Positions 63,860 to 64,000 of a DNA stretch of 64,000 nucleotides are shown here, one piece after another (the first letter of the stretch is position 1; every line of letters begins with the position of its first letter). The notes below the pieces were generated by a model. The model worked only from the letters and a program-made list of their open reading frames with translations, was not told the origin of the DNA and did not search any database. Origin of the DNA: Eledone cirrhosa (lineage: Eukaryota); NCBI GenBank assembly GCA_964016885.1, contig OZ024755.1:37820001-37884000 (forward strand). Reading direction: 5' to 3'. The position numbers and the translations under genes were made by a program.

Positions 63860-64000
63860 CATACTATGAATTGGCACAGTTAAGCATTAGACTAAATGTT
63901 TTGTAGTGTTTCTTCCAGTTCTCTATGCTATGAGTTTAAACCCTGCTGAGGTCAGCTTTGCCTTTCATCCTTTCAGGGTCTATAAAGTATCTGTTCACCT

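Overview
This is AT-rich, repeat-saturated eukaryotic non-coding DNA (intronic or intergenic). The SINE families and microsatellite style look octopus/coleoid-like, which is an inference from recalled repeat sequences. No intact protein-coding gene can be supported: nearly all ORF-track entries come from microsatellites, minisatellites, SINEs or decayed LINEs. The window holds dozens of tRNA-derived SINEs (two main families), 5'-truncated RTE, CR1, R4/Dong and other LINE fragments, RTE-5'UTR-derived non-autonomous elements inserted in (TA)n, piggyBac/pogo/hAT-type MITEs, two non-autonomous Helitrons, and six large minisatellite arrays, five of them visibly built from pieces of transposons. The most notable signal is a set of type I hammerhead-ribozyme motifs (1627-1692 +, a core-mutated mirror copy at 1423-1487 -, 50047-50097 -, 55338-55403 +) in TA-rich remnants resembling Penelope-like pLTRs, with a compensated stem II between copies. 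One weak candidate exon lies at 14004-14108. Coordinates were read by eye; repeat boundaries are approximate and family names were not database-checked.
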